A DNA stretch of 63,892 nt from an uncultured virus (IMG/VR IMGVR_UViG_3300047552_000880) (Duplodnaviria; Heunggongvirae; Uroviricota; Caudoviricetes), in the IMG/VR virus record IMGVR_UViG_3300047552_000880, positions 62,001-125,892 of that record. One strand, written 5' to 3'. The notes under the pieces were generated by a model. The model was not told where the DNA came from and made no database searches. It was given only the letters and a program-made list of their open reading frames with translations. The stretch's first letter is position 1, and each line of letters opens with the position of its first letter. Shown here one piece after another: positions 1 to 10,095 of this stretch. The position numbers and the translations under genes are program-made.

Positions 1-33
1 GCAACTGCAAAGGGAAACGAACCAGTTGCTGCC

Positions 34-2643
34 ATGATCGATAATCTGGTCAACGAACTCAAAAAGAGCGAACAGATAAAAGATGATGCGTTTGAGAGAC
101 TTCTGAAATCAGAGAGAGAAAATACCAGACGTATTATTGATGCCCTCAATAAATGGAACGCAAAACAAGGTTATGGAACCGACAAGGAATCTATCAAAGA
201 TTCTATGCGCGAAGTCATTGAGAAGATCGAGAACTCCGAAGACAAGAAAGAACTTGCTAAGGAGTTCAAGGAATTCCATCGAGAGTTTATTGCAATCGTT
301 GATACATTAGAGGCAGAGGCTCTAAAGAGTTCACATCATCTTAGTACAATAGAGCAACATACCAAAGAATTAAAATCAATTGACAAGGTTCTTCATACAA
401 TTGATGAAGGCGAACATCAGCTTGTTAATCAAGAGCATTCCGATTCAACTGTCAAAGAATCCTATACTTCCGAGACAGAAAAAACTTCTGATTCTGAGAC
501 AGAAAAAATTTCTGTTGAAAGTTCGACCGATACGCAAAAAACTAATAAAGTCGAAGCAAAGCAGTCTTCTGATACCAATGTACTAAAAGAAACTGTTGAT
601 CAGAGTTCAAAGACAGACGCGAAATCTGAAAATAAAACAAATACCACTGGACAGAATACACCTGAGACAAAGAAAGCAGTAACTGCCAAAGAAGCATTTG
701 CCTCTGGTGTTAAACGTCATGCAGAAGATTATAACCCATATTATAGTCAGGGTATGACACATGACGTAAAAAGAATGGTAGGCGCGGGCGTTGCTAACGT
801 TCTTATTACCAAATTAGCGCAGACAGGTAAGTTTGATAAGAACGGAAATGAAATTAAGCCGAAGGAACCTGAAGTCGATTCCGATGGTAATCCGATTATA
901 AAGAAACCTTCATTCAAGGAAATGTTTGTTCAACAGGCGCAGATGCATGCTGAGAACTATAATCCTTATTTTAGTCGAGGTATCGTCGGTGATGTGATGC
1001 ACATCGGTGGTATGGCTCTGCGTGGCGCTGTCATTCATAAAATATCTGAACTGTTCCATAAAAAGACTGTCGAGAAGAATACAGAACAGAAAGACTCGCC
1101 TGAATCTTCGATTGAGCCGAAACAGCAATCTGATGTATCCGAGTTAAAAACAGCAACAGAAACCGTTTCAAAGAACACGGCAAATAATGTTGTGAATTCT
1201 TCTATTGAGAAGAAAGAATCTTCTACTGATCAAATGGTCAATATTTTGACCAAAAAATCTGATGAAATAACAACTGCACCAAGTGTTGTTATGGGCAAAC
1301 CTTTAACCAAGGCAGCTATCAGAAAACAGGAAAAAGAAAAGAATCGGGTCAACTTCACTAAAGTCAAAAAGGCAAGAGAAGCCGCGATTGCTGATCCTAC
1401 ACCTGTTATCAATACGCCAGTTGAATCAAAGAAGATCGAACAGAAGATAACAGATTCTACAACAGAAAAGCTGTCTGATGTAGCAACTAAATCAAATAAC
1501 GTTGAATCAAAGAATACAACAAGTTTACTGGAAAAGGTAAGCGTAAAGGCATCTGAATCAAATAATGTTTCTAACGTTGAATCAAAGAATACTAATTCAT
1601 CACAAGTAAAAACATTATATGATGTAAATAAAACTTCTACTGATTCTCTGTCTGATGTAGCAACTAAATCAAATAACGTTGAATCAAAGAATACAAATAA
1701 AACTTCTACTGATTCTCTGTCTGATGTAGCAACTAAATCAAATAACGTTGAATCAAAGAATACAACAAGTTTACTTTCAAAACTCAGCCAAAATACATCT
1801 AATGTAGCCAGTAATGTTTTTGGTGCGCTGAAAGAAAAATACGATCAACTAACTTCTCGTAAAGAAAATAAAACTTCTACCAACGAATCTCTAAGAGATA
1901 CTGTTATCAATTTGCGCGGAAAGACTATTGTCAATTTCATGGGTAAATTGAAACAAGATCGCAAACAGTTGGAAGCAGTAGGAGAAGTAACAAAGAAAGA
2001 GTCAGATGACAAGAAATCTTCTTTGCTGGATACGGCAAAGAATTTAGTCCTAGATAAGATCGGAAGCGTAACGAATTTGGTCAAAGGCGCTGCGCCTGCT
2101 CTTGGTGGTATTGCTAGTGCTGCTGCACCGGTTCTAGGAGTCACTGCTGCCGCTGCTGGTGGCTATATGCTTGGCGACAAAATAATCAGACCTACACTGG
2201 ATTCTTTATCAGAAAAAGTAACTGGTAAAAAAGGACAAACCCTTGGTGGCGCTATATATGATTTTTTCAATAAAGACGAGAACGCAAAAATAGAGGCGAT
2301 GCTTAATGGTGATTCAAAAGAATTATCATCCAAGTCGTCAACCGTCACTAGCAAACAGTCCGATGCAGCTAAAGTGCTCGAATCGATGAAAACGACAAGT
2401 GCAACGACCCTCAGAGAAGCATCCGAGTTCAGAGACACGCAAAAAGAAAAACTAGAAACCAATAAACTCAATGAAATTGCTAAAAACACTGCACAGAGCG
2501 TAGTGATAAATAATAGAACCAATAATGTAGGTGGTGGGAATGGTGCGCCAAATCAATTAGCACCAAGACCAATTATACGCAACCCGGATAGTACGTTCGA
2601 GAAAATGCAAATGAAGGATTATTGGGGTCGTTTTGCATTTTAA
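34..2643 (+). CDS. Large low-complexity virion protein, possibly tape-measure/baseplate-hub type; probably 5'-truncated by the window
   Basis: 869 aa, K/S/T/E-rich, with helical N-terminus, GA-rich segment (GAAPALGGIASAAAPVLG) and C-terminal VVINNRTNN. Frame is open back to base 1. Lies just upstream of the neck genes. Confidence 0.4.
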   Translation: MIDNLVNELKKSEQIKDDAFERLLKSERENTRRIIDALNKWNAKQGYGTDKESIKDSMREVIEKIENSEDKKELAKEFKEFHREFIAIVDTLEAEALKSSHHLSTIEQHTKELKSIDKVLHTIDEGEHQLVNQEHSDSTVKESYTSETEKTSDSETEKISVESSTDTQKTNKVEAKQSSDTNVLKETVDQSSKTDAKSENKTNTTGQNTPETKKAVTAKEAFASGVKRHAEDYNPYYSQGMTHDVKRMVGAGVANVLITKLAQTGKFDKNGNEIKPKEPEVDSDGNPIIKKPSFKEMFVQQAQMHAENYNPYFSRGIVGDVMHIGGMALRGAVIHKISELFHKKTVEKNTEQKDSPESSIEPKQQSDVSELKTATETVSKNTANNVVNSSIEKKESSTDQMVNILTKKSDEITTAPSVVMGKPLTKAAIRKQEKEKNRVNFTKVKKAREAAIADPTPVINTPVESKKIEQKITDSTTEKLSDVATKSNNVESKNTTSLLEKVSVKASESNNVSNVESKNTNSSQVKTLYDVNKTSTDSLSDVATKSNNVESKNTNKTSTDSLSDVATKSNNVESKNTTSLLSKLSQNTSNVASNVFGALKEKYDQLTSRKENKTSTNESLRDTVINLRGKTIVNFMGKLKQDRKQLEAVGEVTKKESDDKKSSLLDTAKNLVLDKIGSVTNLVKGAAPALGGIASAAAPVLGVTAAAAGGYMLGDKIIRPTLDSLSEKVTGKKGQTLGGAIYDFFNKDENAKIEAMLNGDSKELSSKSSTVTSKQSDAAKVLESMKTTSATTLREASEFRDTQKEKLETNKLNEIAKNTAQSVVINNRTNNVGGGNGAPNQLAPRPIIRNPDSTFEKMQMKDYWGRFAF
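1471..1775 (+). repeat. In-frame intragenic repeats (LSDVATKSNNVESKNT x3), including a 69-bp tandem duplication
   Basis: ctgtctgatgtagcaactaaatcaaataacgttgaatcaaagaatac starts at 1471, 1648 and 1717; 1626-1694 is repeated at 1695-1763. Confidence 0.9.
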
Positions 2644-2651
2644 AGGTTTAC

Positions 2652-2945
2652 ATGGCTAAGATCGAACTATTAGAATTTGTCCCTATTATTCTTGCTGTGG
2701 TCGCAATTATTTTTTCTTCTCTTAAAATGAGGAAAGTAAGAAGACTGTCTGACATGATTTATTGTATCGTTTCAGCGGTTTCTGCTATTCTTTTGATCAT
2801 AGCACAGACAAGTTGGTGGAATTCCGCTGTCATTGAAAAGAATCTAATTGGTACTTGGTTGTCAAATCAAATTTGGTTGGTGTTTAATACACTTGCAATG
2901 ATTGCAATCATATTACAAACATATCCGAGAGCAGACGGAAAATGA
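2652..2945 (+). CDS. Small 3-TM membrane protein
   Basis: Three hydrophobic stretches; ATG at 2652 follows an aagg RBS-like sequence. Confidence 0.6.
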   Translation: MAKIELLEFVPIILAVVAIIFSSLKMRKVRRLSDMIYCIVSAVSAILLIIAQTSWWNSAVIEKNLIGTWLSNQIWLVFNTLAMIAIILQTYPRADGK

Positions 2946-3316
2946 AATGCTTTTTGATGCGGGAAAGGTTTCTGATCGTAGAAATGATCAGTGCCATTTC
3001 TTTTTTTGTCATGTCTATTGCTCTGACAGGAATAAAGTATTCTTCTCCTGACGGGCAAGGCTCTTTATTTTGGGTAGTGTTGTTTACGGTGTTTGCTCTT
3101 TTGCAGGGTGCCGGAATTGCATTTCTTCGTGATATGATTTTGCTCAGAATTATTATGACATGGGTAGCAGGAAGTGTCTGGACATGGATTAGCTACGCAA
3201 ATATGAATAGTGTATTGGTTGTCCCTATGTTTCTCGTTGGGATTGCTAATTTTGTTTCTTTCGTTGACCTTTCCAATCGTGCAACAATCGATTGGAGAGA
3301 ATTTTTCCAAGAGTAA
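2942..3316 (+). CDS. Multi-pass membrane protein
   Basis: About four hydrophobic segments; ATGA overlap with the upstream gene. Confidence 0.65.
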   Translation: MKCFLMRERFLIVEMISAISFFVMSIALTGIKYSSPDGQGSLFWVVLFTVFALLQGAGIAFLRDMILLRIIMTWVAGSVWTWISYANMNSVLVVPMFLVGIANFVSFVDLSNRATIDWREFFQE

Positions 3317-3322
3317 GCCAAC

Positions 3323-4279
3323 ATGATTACCTCAAGACAAGGCTTGATAGATTATGCGCTCCGTAAATTGGGTGCACCAGTGATTGAAATCAATATCGAT
3401 GTTTCTCAGGTAGAGGATAGAGTCGATGAAGCATTACAATTTTTTCAGGACTTCCATTATGATGCTACAGAGAGATTGTACCTCAAGCACCAGATAACAG
3501 GAACAATAATTACGGTTTCGGATGCAACGAACTTTACTGTCGGCGAGAATGTTGTGTGTAGTAACGGAACTACGTTTGCGATTGATAGCAAAACACCAAC
3601 AACCCTCATCACAAAAAATTGTTATAACGCACAGGGTATTGATAAGCAGCCTGTGCCAGCATTATCAACAATTATCGGACAGACTTCTGGCGCAACCGCG
3701 ACTGTCGTATCAAAAGTTGCTGGTGACACAGAAAACGGATTTGTTACTGTCGGTGAAATGGTCACTGGTGTGACTCGGGTTCTTCCTTGGAGTGGTGCAA
3801 CCAGCAAGACTAATTATTATTTCGATCCAAAGTATCAGACAATTATTAGTTCATTTGCTAATATCAGTTCCACTTCAATGATCTATTTTGAGCAATTGCA
3901 GAGTCACATTGCTTTATTGGATCAATTACTAAAACCAATTGAGTCTATTTCTTTTAATCAGAAAATGAATAGCGTTCGCATTGACATGGATTGGAGCGAA
4001 GCGACTATTGGTGCTTTCCTGATTTTTGACTGTTTCAGAATTCTTGATCCAGAAGTATTCACGAAAATATACAATGATCGTATGCTGAAAAAGTTGGTCA
4101 CAGCAAAGATCAAATATCAGTGGGCAAGTAACACACAGAAATATCAAGGAATTCAGCTTCTTGGTGGGGTTACTATTGATGCATCAACTTTAATGGCACA
4201 GGCAGTCGCTGAAATCGAAGCCGCTGAAGCTGAGATTAGGGATTCTTATGAAATTCCTCCTATCGGGTTTATAGCATGA
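3323..4279 (+). CDS. gp13: Neck protein gp13
   Basis: LIDYALRKLGAPVIEINI, QVEDRVDEALQFF and KYQGIQLLGGVTID motifs of T4-like gp13. Confidence 0.92.
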   Translation: MITSRQGLIDYALRKLGAPVIEINIDVSQVEDRVDEALQFFQDFHYDATERLYLKHQITGTIITVSDATNFTVGENVVCSNGTTFAIDSKTPTTLITKNCYNAQGIDKQPVPALSTIIGQTSGATATVVSKVAGDTENGFVTVGEMVTGVTRVLPWSGATSKTNYYFDPKYQTIISSFANISSTSMIYFEQLQSHIALLDQLLKPIESISFNQKMNSVRIDMDWSEATIGAFLIFDCFRILDPEVFTKIYNDRMLKKLVTAKIKYQWASNTQKYQGIQLLGGVTIDASTLMAQAVAEIEAAEAEIRDSYEIPPIGFIA

Positions 4280-4797
4280 GTTCTATGTTCGCTGATTCAA
4301 ATTATCCTGAAAGACGAAAAAGAAAAAGTCGTCGCGGAGAAGACACAAAGCCAGTTGTTAAGGAACCGGCTAACATACTATATCGTAGATACGTTGTTGC
4401 TAGATTATACGTCGTTCTCTCGGTATTCACTTCAGTAGTAATGTCTATATTTGAGCCAGCAAGTATTCATCACCAAATATTTGATGCAACAGGAACAGGT
4501 TCTTTGTTGGTTCTTACTGCAATTGGTGCTATTGCAGGTATTGCATTTATGGACATTATTGTAAACGATCTTGCTCCGAATAAATATCAATTAAAGATTT
4601 TTTATGATAATAGACATATATTGTATATGGCGTTATCTCTTGGAATGTATGGCATCAGTGCGGCAATGATTTTTACATATGGGGCAAGTGCTGTTCTCAT
4701 TAGACTTTGGTTGGACGGTGGCGTTGCGGCAGCGGTAGCTGTACTTGATATATTTGCTAGACATAGGGGTGTCTCGTGGCAATCTGGTACGCCGTAA
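4276..4797 (+). CDS. Multi-pass membrane protein
   Basis: Basic N-terminus followed by about four TM segments. Confidence 0.65.
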   Translation: MSSMFADSNYPERRKRKSRRGEDTKPVVKEPANILYRRYVVARLYVVLSVFTSVVMSIFEPASIHHQIFDATGTGSLLVLTAIGAIAGIAFMDIIVNDLAPNKYQLKIFYDNRHILYMALSLGMYGISAAMIFTYGASAVLIRLWLDGGVAAAVAVLDIFARHRGVSWQSGTP

Positions 4798-5204
4798 AAG
4801 TAATTAAATTTCTTCTTCTGCTCCTATGGAGTGTGACTGTTTCTGCTGCTGTTGCGGTTGCTGATCCTACAACGAATCCGTTCGGTGAAATTAGCGGCTT
4901 GCAAATACTTGTCATGGGTGCAATAAGCACCCTTAGTGGCGTTACGGCATTGACTTTGAGGATAGATGCTGAATTGGGTAGACACAAGTCAAAATCGCTT
5001 CCTAGACCCATTCTATTCGCTTCTAGCCATATGCTCGGAAGTTGGTTAGCAGGAGTTTTGTCGTTCGCCATTTCACAGCATCTGATACTCGGTATCTGGT
5101 GGCAGATAGGTTTCATCATTGTTGCTAGTTTTACTGGAGCAAAGTTTGTTGAGCGCATGAGTGAACTCTATTCAGTGAAAATTATCAAGAGGGAGCTTCA
5201 ATGA
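4776..5204 (+). CDS. Membrane protein, holin-like candidate
   Basis: Signal-like N-terminus plus about three TM segments and a charged C-terminus; close to the endolysin. Confidence 0.5.
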   Translation: MAIWYAVKVIKFLLLLLWSVTVSAAVAVADPTTNPFGEISGLQILVMGAISTLSGVTALTLRIDAELGRHKSKSLPRPILFASSHMLGSWLAGVLSFAISQHLILGIWWQIGFIIVASFTGAKFVERMSELYSVKIIKRELQ

Positions 5205-5311
5205 TCGAAAACATCTTTATTCTTGGTGGGTTGATCCTCATAGGTTCTGTGTTTGGGGCTTACCTATTTGAATTGATCGAGGAAATGATTAAAGGGGAAG
5301 ATGAATGTTAA
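5201..5311 (+). CDS. Very small single-TM protein (36 aa, not in the ORF track)
   Basis: MIENIFILGGLILIGSVFGAYLFELIEEMIKGEDEC; overlaps both neighbours and fills the gap exactly. Confidence 0.45.
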   Translation: MIENIFILGGLILIGSVFGAYLFELIEEMIKGEDEC

Positions 5312-5847
5312 GTATACTTTCTGCTATATTGGGATTCGCGGGACCGTTTGTTCCTGAACTGATTAAATTCTTTCGCCAGAAACAAGACAACGCTCATGAA
5401 TTAGCGGTTCTACAGTTTCAGGCACAGATTGCGGCACAAGAACATGCTTATCGAATGGAAGCAATCAATATCTCGGCAGATATTCAAGAAAGTGCAATCA
5501 TTCATCAGCCGCAAATCAGCTTTGGTGTTCAGATATTAGACGCCGCAAAAGACTGGAGCAAAGTTTTTGTTCTACCAGTTTTCTATCTATTTGCATTCCT
5601 AGATTTTATCTCGGGGTTGGTTCGACCAGCGGTTACTTATGCAATTGTTGCATTTTATCTGATGTACAAATATGCGTTATTCGAAATGGCTCGTATTCAA
5701 TCGGCTGATTGGAAGAATGCAGCAACAATGGTTTGGAATGCAGACGATCTTTCGCTGTTGCTACTGACTCTTGGCTGGTACTTTGGCAACCGTGCAGTGA
5801 AGGCAACATTCGGTGGTAGCGCAAATACGGGAAGACCCGGAGCGTAA
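5305..5847 (+). CDS. Putative holin (3-TM holin-like)
   Basis: N-terminal amphipathic/TM segment, coiled coil, VRPAVTY and C-terminal GWYFGNR motifs; near the lysozyme. Confidence 0.6.
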   Translation: MLSILSAILGFAGPFVPELIKFFRQKQDNAHELAVLQFQAQIAAQEHAYRMEAINISADIQESAIIHQPQISFGVQILDAAKDWSKVFVLPVFYLFAFLDFISGLVRPAVTYAIVAFYLMYKYALFEMARIQSADWKNAATMVWNADDLSLLLLTLGWYFGNRAVKATFGGSANTGRPGA

Positions 5848-5849
5848 TA

Positions 5850-6353
5850 ATGAACATAGAAGATGGAAGATTGACTGTCTGGAAACGCGATGGTGCATTT
5901 GAAATACATCATGTCCAGAAAGACAAGAACGATCCCAATAAAAGTGTTTCAGGTGAATGGCAACACACCAATGATTACAACCACAAATTCGTTTCAACTA
6001 TGTTCAATATGGCAAAACGAATAATTGATAGCGGGAATTCCGTTCGTATTATTGGCAATCACGAAAATAAAATGTTCGATAGATATCATCGAATCGCAAG
6101 TGTATTGGCAAAAAGACACGGATATACGGTTGGTAAACCGAAATTACATCATGCGGGCGATGGCAAATATTCAGAATTCATTGTAGGCAAAAATCTTTCT
6201 GAGCACTATTTGATCAAAATGGTTCAAGAAGCCGATATGAAAAATAGGAATAAGAAGAACAATTATGGACTCACCAATTATCGTTTTTGGTTAGGAGAAA
6301 TGAGTCCTGATTATGTTTCTTTAGAAGAAATTTTGGCTAATGGAAATGCTTAA
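5850..6353 (+). CDS. Hypothetical protein
   Basis: 167 aa ORF tightly packed in the operon. Confidence 0.6.
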   Translation: MNIEDGRLTVWKRDGAFEIHHVQKDKNDPNKSVSGEWQHTNDYNHKFVSTMFNMAKRIIDSGNSVRIIGNHENKMFDRYHRIASVLAKRHGYTVGKPKLHHAGDGKYSEFIVGKNLSEHYLIKMVQEADMKNRNKKNNYGLTNYRFWLGEMSPDYVSLEEILANGNA

Positions 6354-6897
6354 ACGGATATTCGATTCTATTACGGCTCCGATGCCAAGTGTAGCGCAGC
6401 CTGAAATCCAGATAACCTCAACTGGATGTAGGCGAGTATGTGATGCCGCAATCACAATGATTAGATCATTTGAGGGCATGGCTAATGTAAAGTCTGATGG
6501 TCTGGTATATCCTTATCACGATGCGATTGGATTACCAACCATTGGTATTGGTCATCTTCTGAGTCGAAAGCCTTGGGACGATCTATCACAGTGGCAACCT
6601 ATCACGCAACAAGACGCAATTGAATTGAAATATCGTGACCTCGATAAATTCTCGAATGGCGTTTCTTTGCTGTTAAAAGTTCCTGTCACGGATAATCAAT
6701 TTGGTGCATTAGTTTCTCTTGCATTCAATATAGGTCTTGGTAATCTTCAGGGAAGCACCCTACTGAGGAAATTAAATAGAGGCGATTCGGTCAATGAAAT
6801 TGCCGAAGAATTCATCAAGTGGAACAAAGCAGGCGGTAAAATTCTCAATGGTCTGACGAGAAGAAGAAAAGCCGAAGCGAAACTATTTTTAAGCTAA
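6340..6897 (+). CDS. Endolysin, GH24 phage lysozyme
   Basis: FEG...YHDAIGLPTIGIGH catalytic region, QFGALVSLAFNIG and GLTRRRKAEAKLF motifs. Confidence 0.93.
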   Translation: MEMLKRIFDSITAPMPSVAQPEIQITSTGCRRVCDAAITMIRSFEGMANVKSDGLVYPYHDAIGLPTIGIGHLLSRKPWDDLSQWQPITQQDAIELKYRDLDKFSNGVSLLLKVPVTDNQFGALVSLAFNIGLGNLQGSTLLRKLNRGDSVNEIAEEFIKWNKAGGKILNGLTRRRKAEAKLFLS

Positions 6898-7652
6898 TGG
6901 CAACCAATTCATATTTCCGCAGCACAATAGGTGTTCCAAGTGAACAGAACATCTATGAAAACATGATCATCGAATCTATTAAGATCGCTGGCTATGATTT
7001 TATCTATATCCCAAGAACCCTTAACAAGTTTGATCAGTTGTTCGGAGAGGATGTTCTTAGTAGCTTCGAGTCTTATGTTCCAATTGAAATGTGGATAGAA
7101 GATTTTTCTGGTTATGGTGGTGAATCAGAAATGTTGGCTAAATTCGGTATGGAAATACGAGATACAGCTACTTTCATGATATCAAGAAAGAGATTCAAAG
7201 AAACGGTTTCTCCTATATTTCCTGCATCAAGAAATGCTGCTGTCATGGATAGACCGAATGAAGGAGATTTGATATTTGCTCCTTTCTCTAAGTCTCTGTT
7301 CGAGATTAAATTCGTTGAAGACGAGTACCCCGGATTTTACCAGCTTGGTAAGAAATATATATGGGCGCTTCGTTGTGAATTGGTTCAATTGAACAACGAA
7401 AAATTCAAAACCGGTAATGCTGACATAGACGAATATTTTGGAACAAATATCAATAGATTAGATCACCGTATTCTAAACGAGAACGGTGATGTTTGGACTC
7501 TTGAGGCTGGCGGGACAATCCTGAGCGAAGACTACCTTGAATCCAAACCATTTGATGAAATGATTGGGTACGGTGATATGGATATTATTAAGAAAGAATT
7601 CTCGGAAATCATGGACTTCACTGAAGATTCGCCATTTGGGGAGAATTTCTGA
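6897..7652 (+). CDS. gp14: Neck protein gp14
   Basis: EQNIYENMIIESIK, LFGED, RPNEGDLI, LFEIKFVE and FYQLGK motifs. Confidence 0.92.
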   Translation: MATNSYFRSTIGVPSEQNIYENMIIESIKIAGYDFIYIPRTLNKFDQLFGEDVLSSFESYVPIEMWIEDFSGYGGESEMLAKFGMEIRDTATFMISRKRFKETVSPIFPASRNAAVMDRPNEGDLIFAPFSKSLFEIKFVEDEYPGFYQLGKKYIWALRCELVQLNNEKFKTGNADIDEYFGTNINRLDHRILNENGDVWTLEAGGTILSEDYLESKPFDEMIGYGDMDIIKKEFSEIMDFTEDSPFGENF

Positions 7653-8443
7653 TGCTAACAAAAGTTCCTTTCTATCATGCAGTAACAAGAAAACTTGTTG
7701 TGAGTTTTGGTGGTCTGTTTGGTAATATTTTTATTCAAACAAAGAACAAAGACAACAAGACAGAAAAAATTGTCAAGGTTCCTCTGGCTTATGCCAATAA
7801 GGACAAAGTTATTGTTCGCCTGCAACAAGACCCCGGATTGCAAGAAGATGTTCAGATTCTTTTACCAAGAATGTCTTTTGAGATTGTTGGTATGTCTTAT
7901 GATGCGTCAAGACAGTTGAATAAAATTCATCGAACAACTGCTATTACAAATACACGCAATGTTTTCATGTATGCACCAGTTCCATATAACGTCGAATTTA
8001 ACCTCTATACATATACAAAGACAACAGAAGATAATTTGCAGATCATGGAGCAAATTATACCATACTTCACCCCTGACATGAATCTGACTATCAAGATGAT
8101 GGCTGACCCACCTTTGTCTCAAGATATTCCGTTGATTCTTAATTCAGTGAATACGGATGATGAATATGACGGTAGTTTTGAAGATAGGCGCTATATCATC
8201 ACTACATACTCTTTTACTATGAAGGCGTACTATTACGGTCCTCTGTTGGGTTCACTTGATCCAGAGAAACATTTTGAAGATGGTAAGCAAGTCAATGTTA
8301 TTAAGACAGTTCAGGCAACTGTTAATAACAACTTTAAATATTCTGCTGTAATCGATCCTATTTCTGCTAATGTCACTGACCCATATAACATCACCGAGTC
8401 ATGGACAAGCACACCACCAACCGTTGGAGGACAGACACTATGA
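7652..8443 (+). CDS. gp15: Tail sheath stabilizer/terminator gp15
   Basis: FGGLF, KVPLAY, LPRMSFEI, QIMEQIIPYFTP and DYDGSF-like motifs. Confidence 0.93.
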   Translation: MLTKVPFYHAVTRKLVVSFGGLFGNIFIQTKNKDNKTEKIVKVPLAYANKDKVIVRLQQDPGLQEDVQILLPRMSFEIVGMSYDASRQLNKIHRTTAITNTRNVFMYAPVPYNVEFNLYTYTKTTEDNLQIMEQIIPYFTPDMNLTIKMMADPPLSQDIPLILNSVNTDDEYDGSFEDRRYIITTYSFTMKAYYYGPLLGSLDPEKHFEDGKQVNVIKTVQATVNNNFKYSAVIDPISANVTDPYNITESWTSTPPTVGGQTL

Positions 8444-8871
8444 CCCCAAAATTAGATTCTGCTCTTGCATCGATATTTGATACAACTCTACAGGACACAG
8501 ATAAATCTATTGCTGAGATTAAGGCAGATGCTCAGGTAAGTGAAATTGACTCTCTTGAAAAACAAAGAGAATACGTCAAAGCAAACCTCGTGAAATTGAT
8601 TGAGCGCGGAATGCATGCTGTCAGTGACATGAACACGATTGCTAATAGCACAGAAAAGGCAAGAGACTTTGAAGTTCTGTCAGGAATGATCAAGACTCTT
8701 GTTGACACAAATATTCAATTACTTGATGTTGAGGTTGCTCATAAACCGAAGCTAGATGTTAAGGCTGGTGGGCAGGAAGCAAACACAATTAACAATAATA
8801 CTGTTTTTGTTGGCTCAACCAAGGATTTACAATCTTACTTAAAATCGCAAACTATTGATGAAATTAAATAG
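8440..8871 (+). CDS. gp16: Terminase small subunit gp16
   Basis: ARDFEVLSGMIKTL and NNNTVFVGSTKDLQ motifs; follows gp15; ATG at 8440 overlaps the gp15 stop. Confidence 0.85.
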   Translation: MTPKLDSALASIFDTTLQDTDKSIAEIKADAQVSEIDSLEKQREYVKANLVKLIERGMHAVSDMNTIANSTEKARDFEVLSGMIKTLVDTNIQLLDVEVAHKPKLDVKAGGQEANTINNNTVFVGSTKDLQSYLKSQTIDEIK

Positions 8872-8898
8872 TCTAGTTCACAAATAAACGATTGAGTC

Positions 8899-10095
8899 AT
8901 GACAAAAAAACTTAGAGAACAATACTTCGCAAATGAAATTTTCAAGATAGGTGATATCGTTGAAGATTCAGAAACAGGCGCTCAACTAAAAATTATTGAT
9001 CGCGGAAGCAATTATATTACCGTTATTGCTGAAGGCGGAGAAGTGTCGAAGAAATGGCTCAACGCAGTTTCTATTGTTGCTGAAAAAGAAAAGGATACAG
9101 AACCTTCTAGTGAGTTCCGTATCACTGAGTCTGGTCAGATTGCAATGTTTGGTGGCGAGACAAAGAATTTTGATATTGACTTGTCTACATTTGTTCTTGA
9201 ACAATTTACTGAGTTCGATGATTCGTATGCCAAACACCAGATAATTCAATTGCTGGATTTGGCTCTACAGGAATCTAACGAAGATACTCAATATGAGTTA
9301 TTGGAAAAAGTTTCTGCTCTATATGACAAGAAAGACATTTGGTGTCCAATTGTTGTTGAAGGGCTGAAAAACGATGTTGAGAGAAAAAGAATTGCGGCAG
9401 TGATTGCTAGTGTGGCTAACATAAAGGTAACAGGTTCACCGTATAACACTGTATCGACAGCAATCAAAGTTCTTAAAACAAAATACAAGAAAAAAGAACA
9501 ATGGGAAGCCTTGCTACCAATTTTCCGTGTCGCAAGAAAAGCCGGTCTAATGAGTACAACATCAAATCTTCCGTATGATCTGGATAATTCAAGATTATCA
9601 GAGGATTCATTAGATGATATCCATGAATCAATCGAAACTCTGATATCAGAGAATGTAGATGAATTCATTGAGTCACTGGAAATTGATGATATTCAAGAAG
9701 CATTCGAGACAGAATTTACCGAAACTATTTTGTCAGAAGAACAATTGAATGAAGTTTTGTCTCCGGCAATAAGATCAAAATTGGCAGCGAAGATGCGTCA
9801 ACACGAGGCTCTGTTGCAAGTCAATCGAGCAAGGGCGCTAACTCGTGCCGCAACGACTTCTGTTCTTCAGGATCGTGCTCGTAAATTAGCAGAGACAATG
9901 CTGAAGCGCAAGATGTTCAAAAAAGATGCCAAGGATATGACTCGACAAGAAAAAGAACGGTTCGAGGCAGGCGCAGCAAGACGCAAAGCATTGGTTGCTA
10001 AATTGACACAGAAACTTATTGCTAAGGTCAGATTGCTTCAGGTCGCAAGAATGCATGCAGCGCATACTGCTGCTGATCAAACAGGTGCTGCATGA
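8899..10095 (+). CDS. Probable internal head/prohead-core-like protein
   Basis: N-terminal small beta domain (IFKIGDIVE...IIDRGSNYITV), acidic middle with LSE/LNE motifs and a very basic C-terminal helix region. Confidence 0.5.
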   Translation: MTKKLREQYFANEIFKIGDIVEDSETGAQLKIIDRGSNYITVIAEGGEVSKKWLNAVSIVAEKEKDTEPSSEFRITESGQIAMFGGETKNFDIDLSTFVLEQFTEFDDSYAKHQIIQLLDLALQESNEDTQYELLEKVSALYDKKDIWCPIVVEGLKNDVERKRIAAVIASVANIKVTGSPYNTVSTAIKVLKTKYKKKEQWEALLPIFRVARKAGLMSTTSNLPYDLDNSRLSEDSLDDIHESIETLISENVDEFIESLEIDDIQEAFETEFTETILSEEQLNEVLSPAIRSKLAAKMRQHEALLQVNRARALTRAATTSVLQDRARKLAETMLKRKMFKKDAKDMTRQEKERFEAGAARRKALVAKLTQKLIAKVRLLQVARMHAAHTAADQTGAA

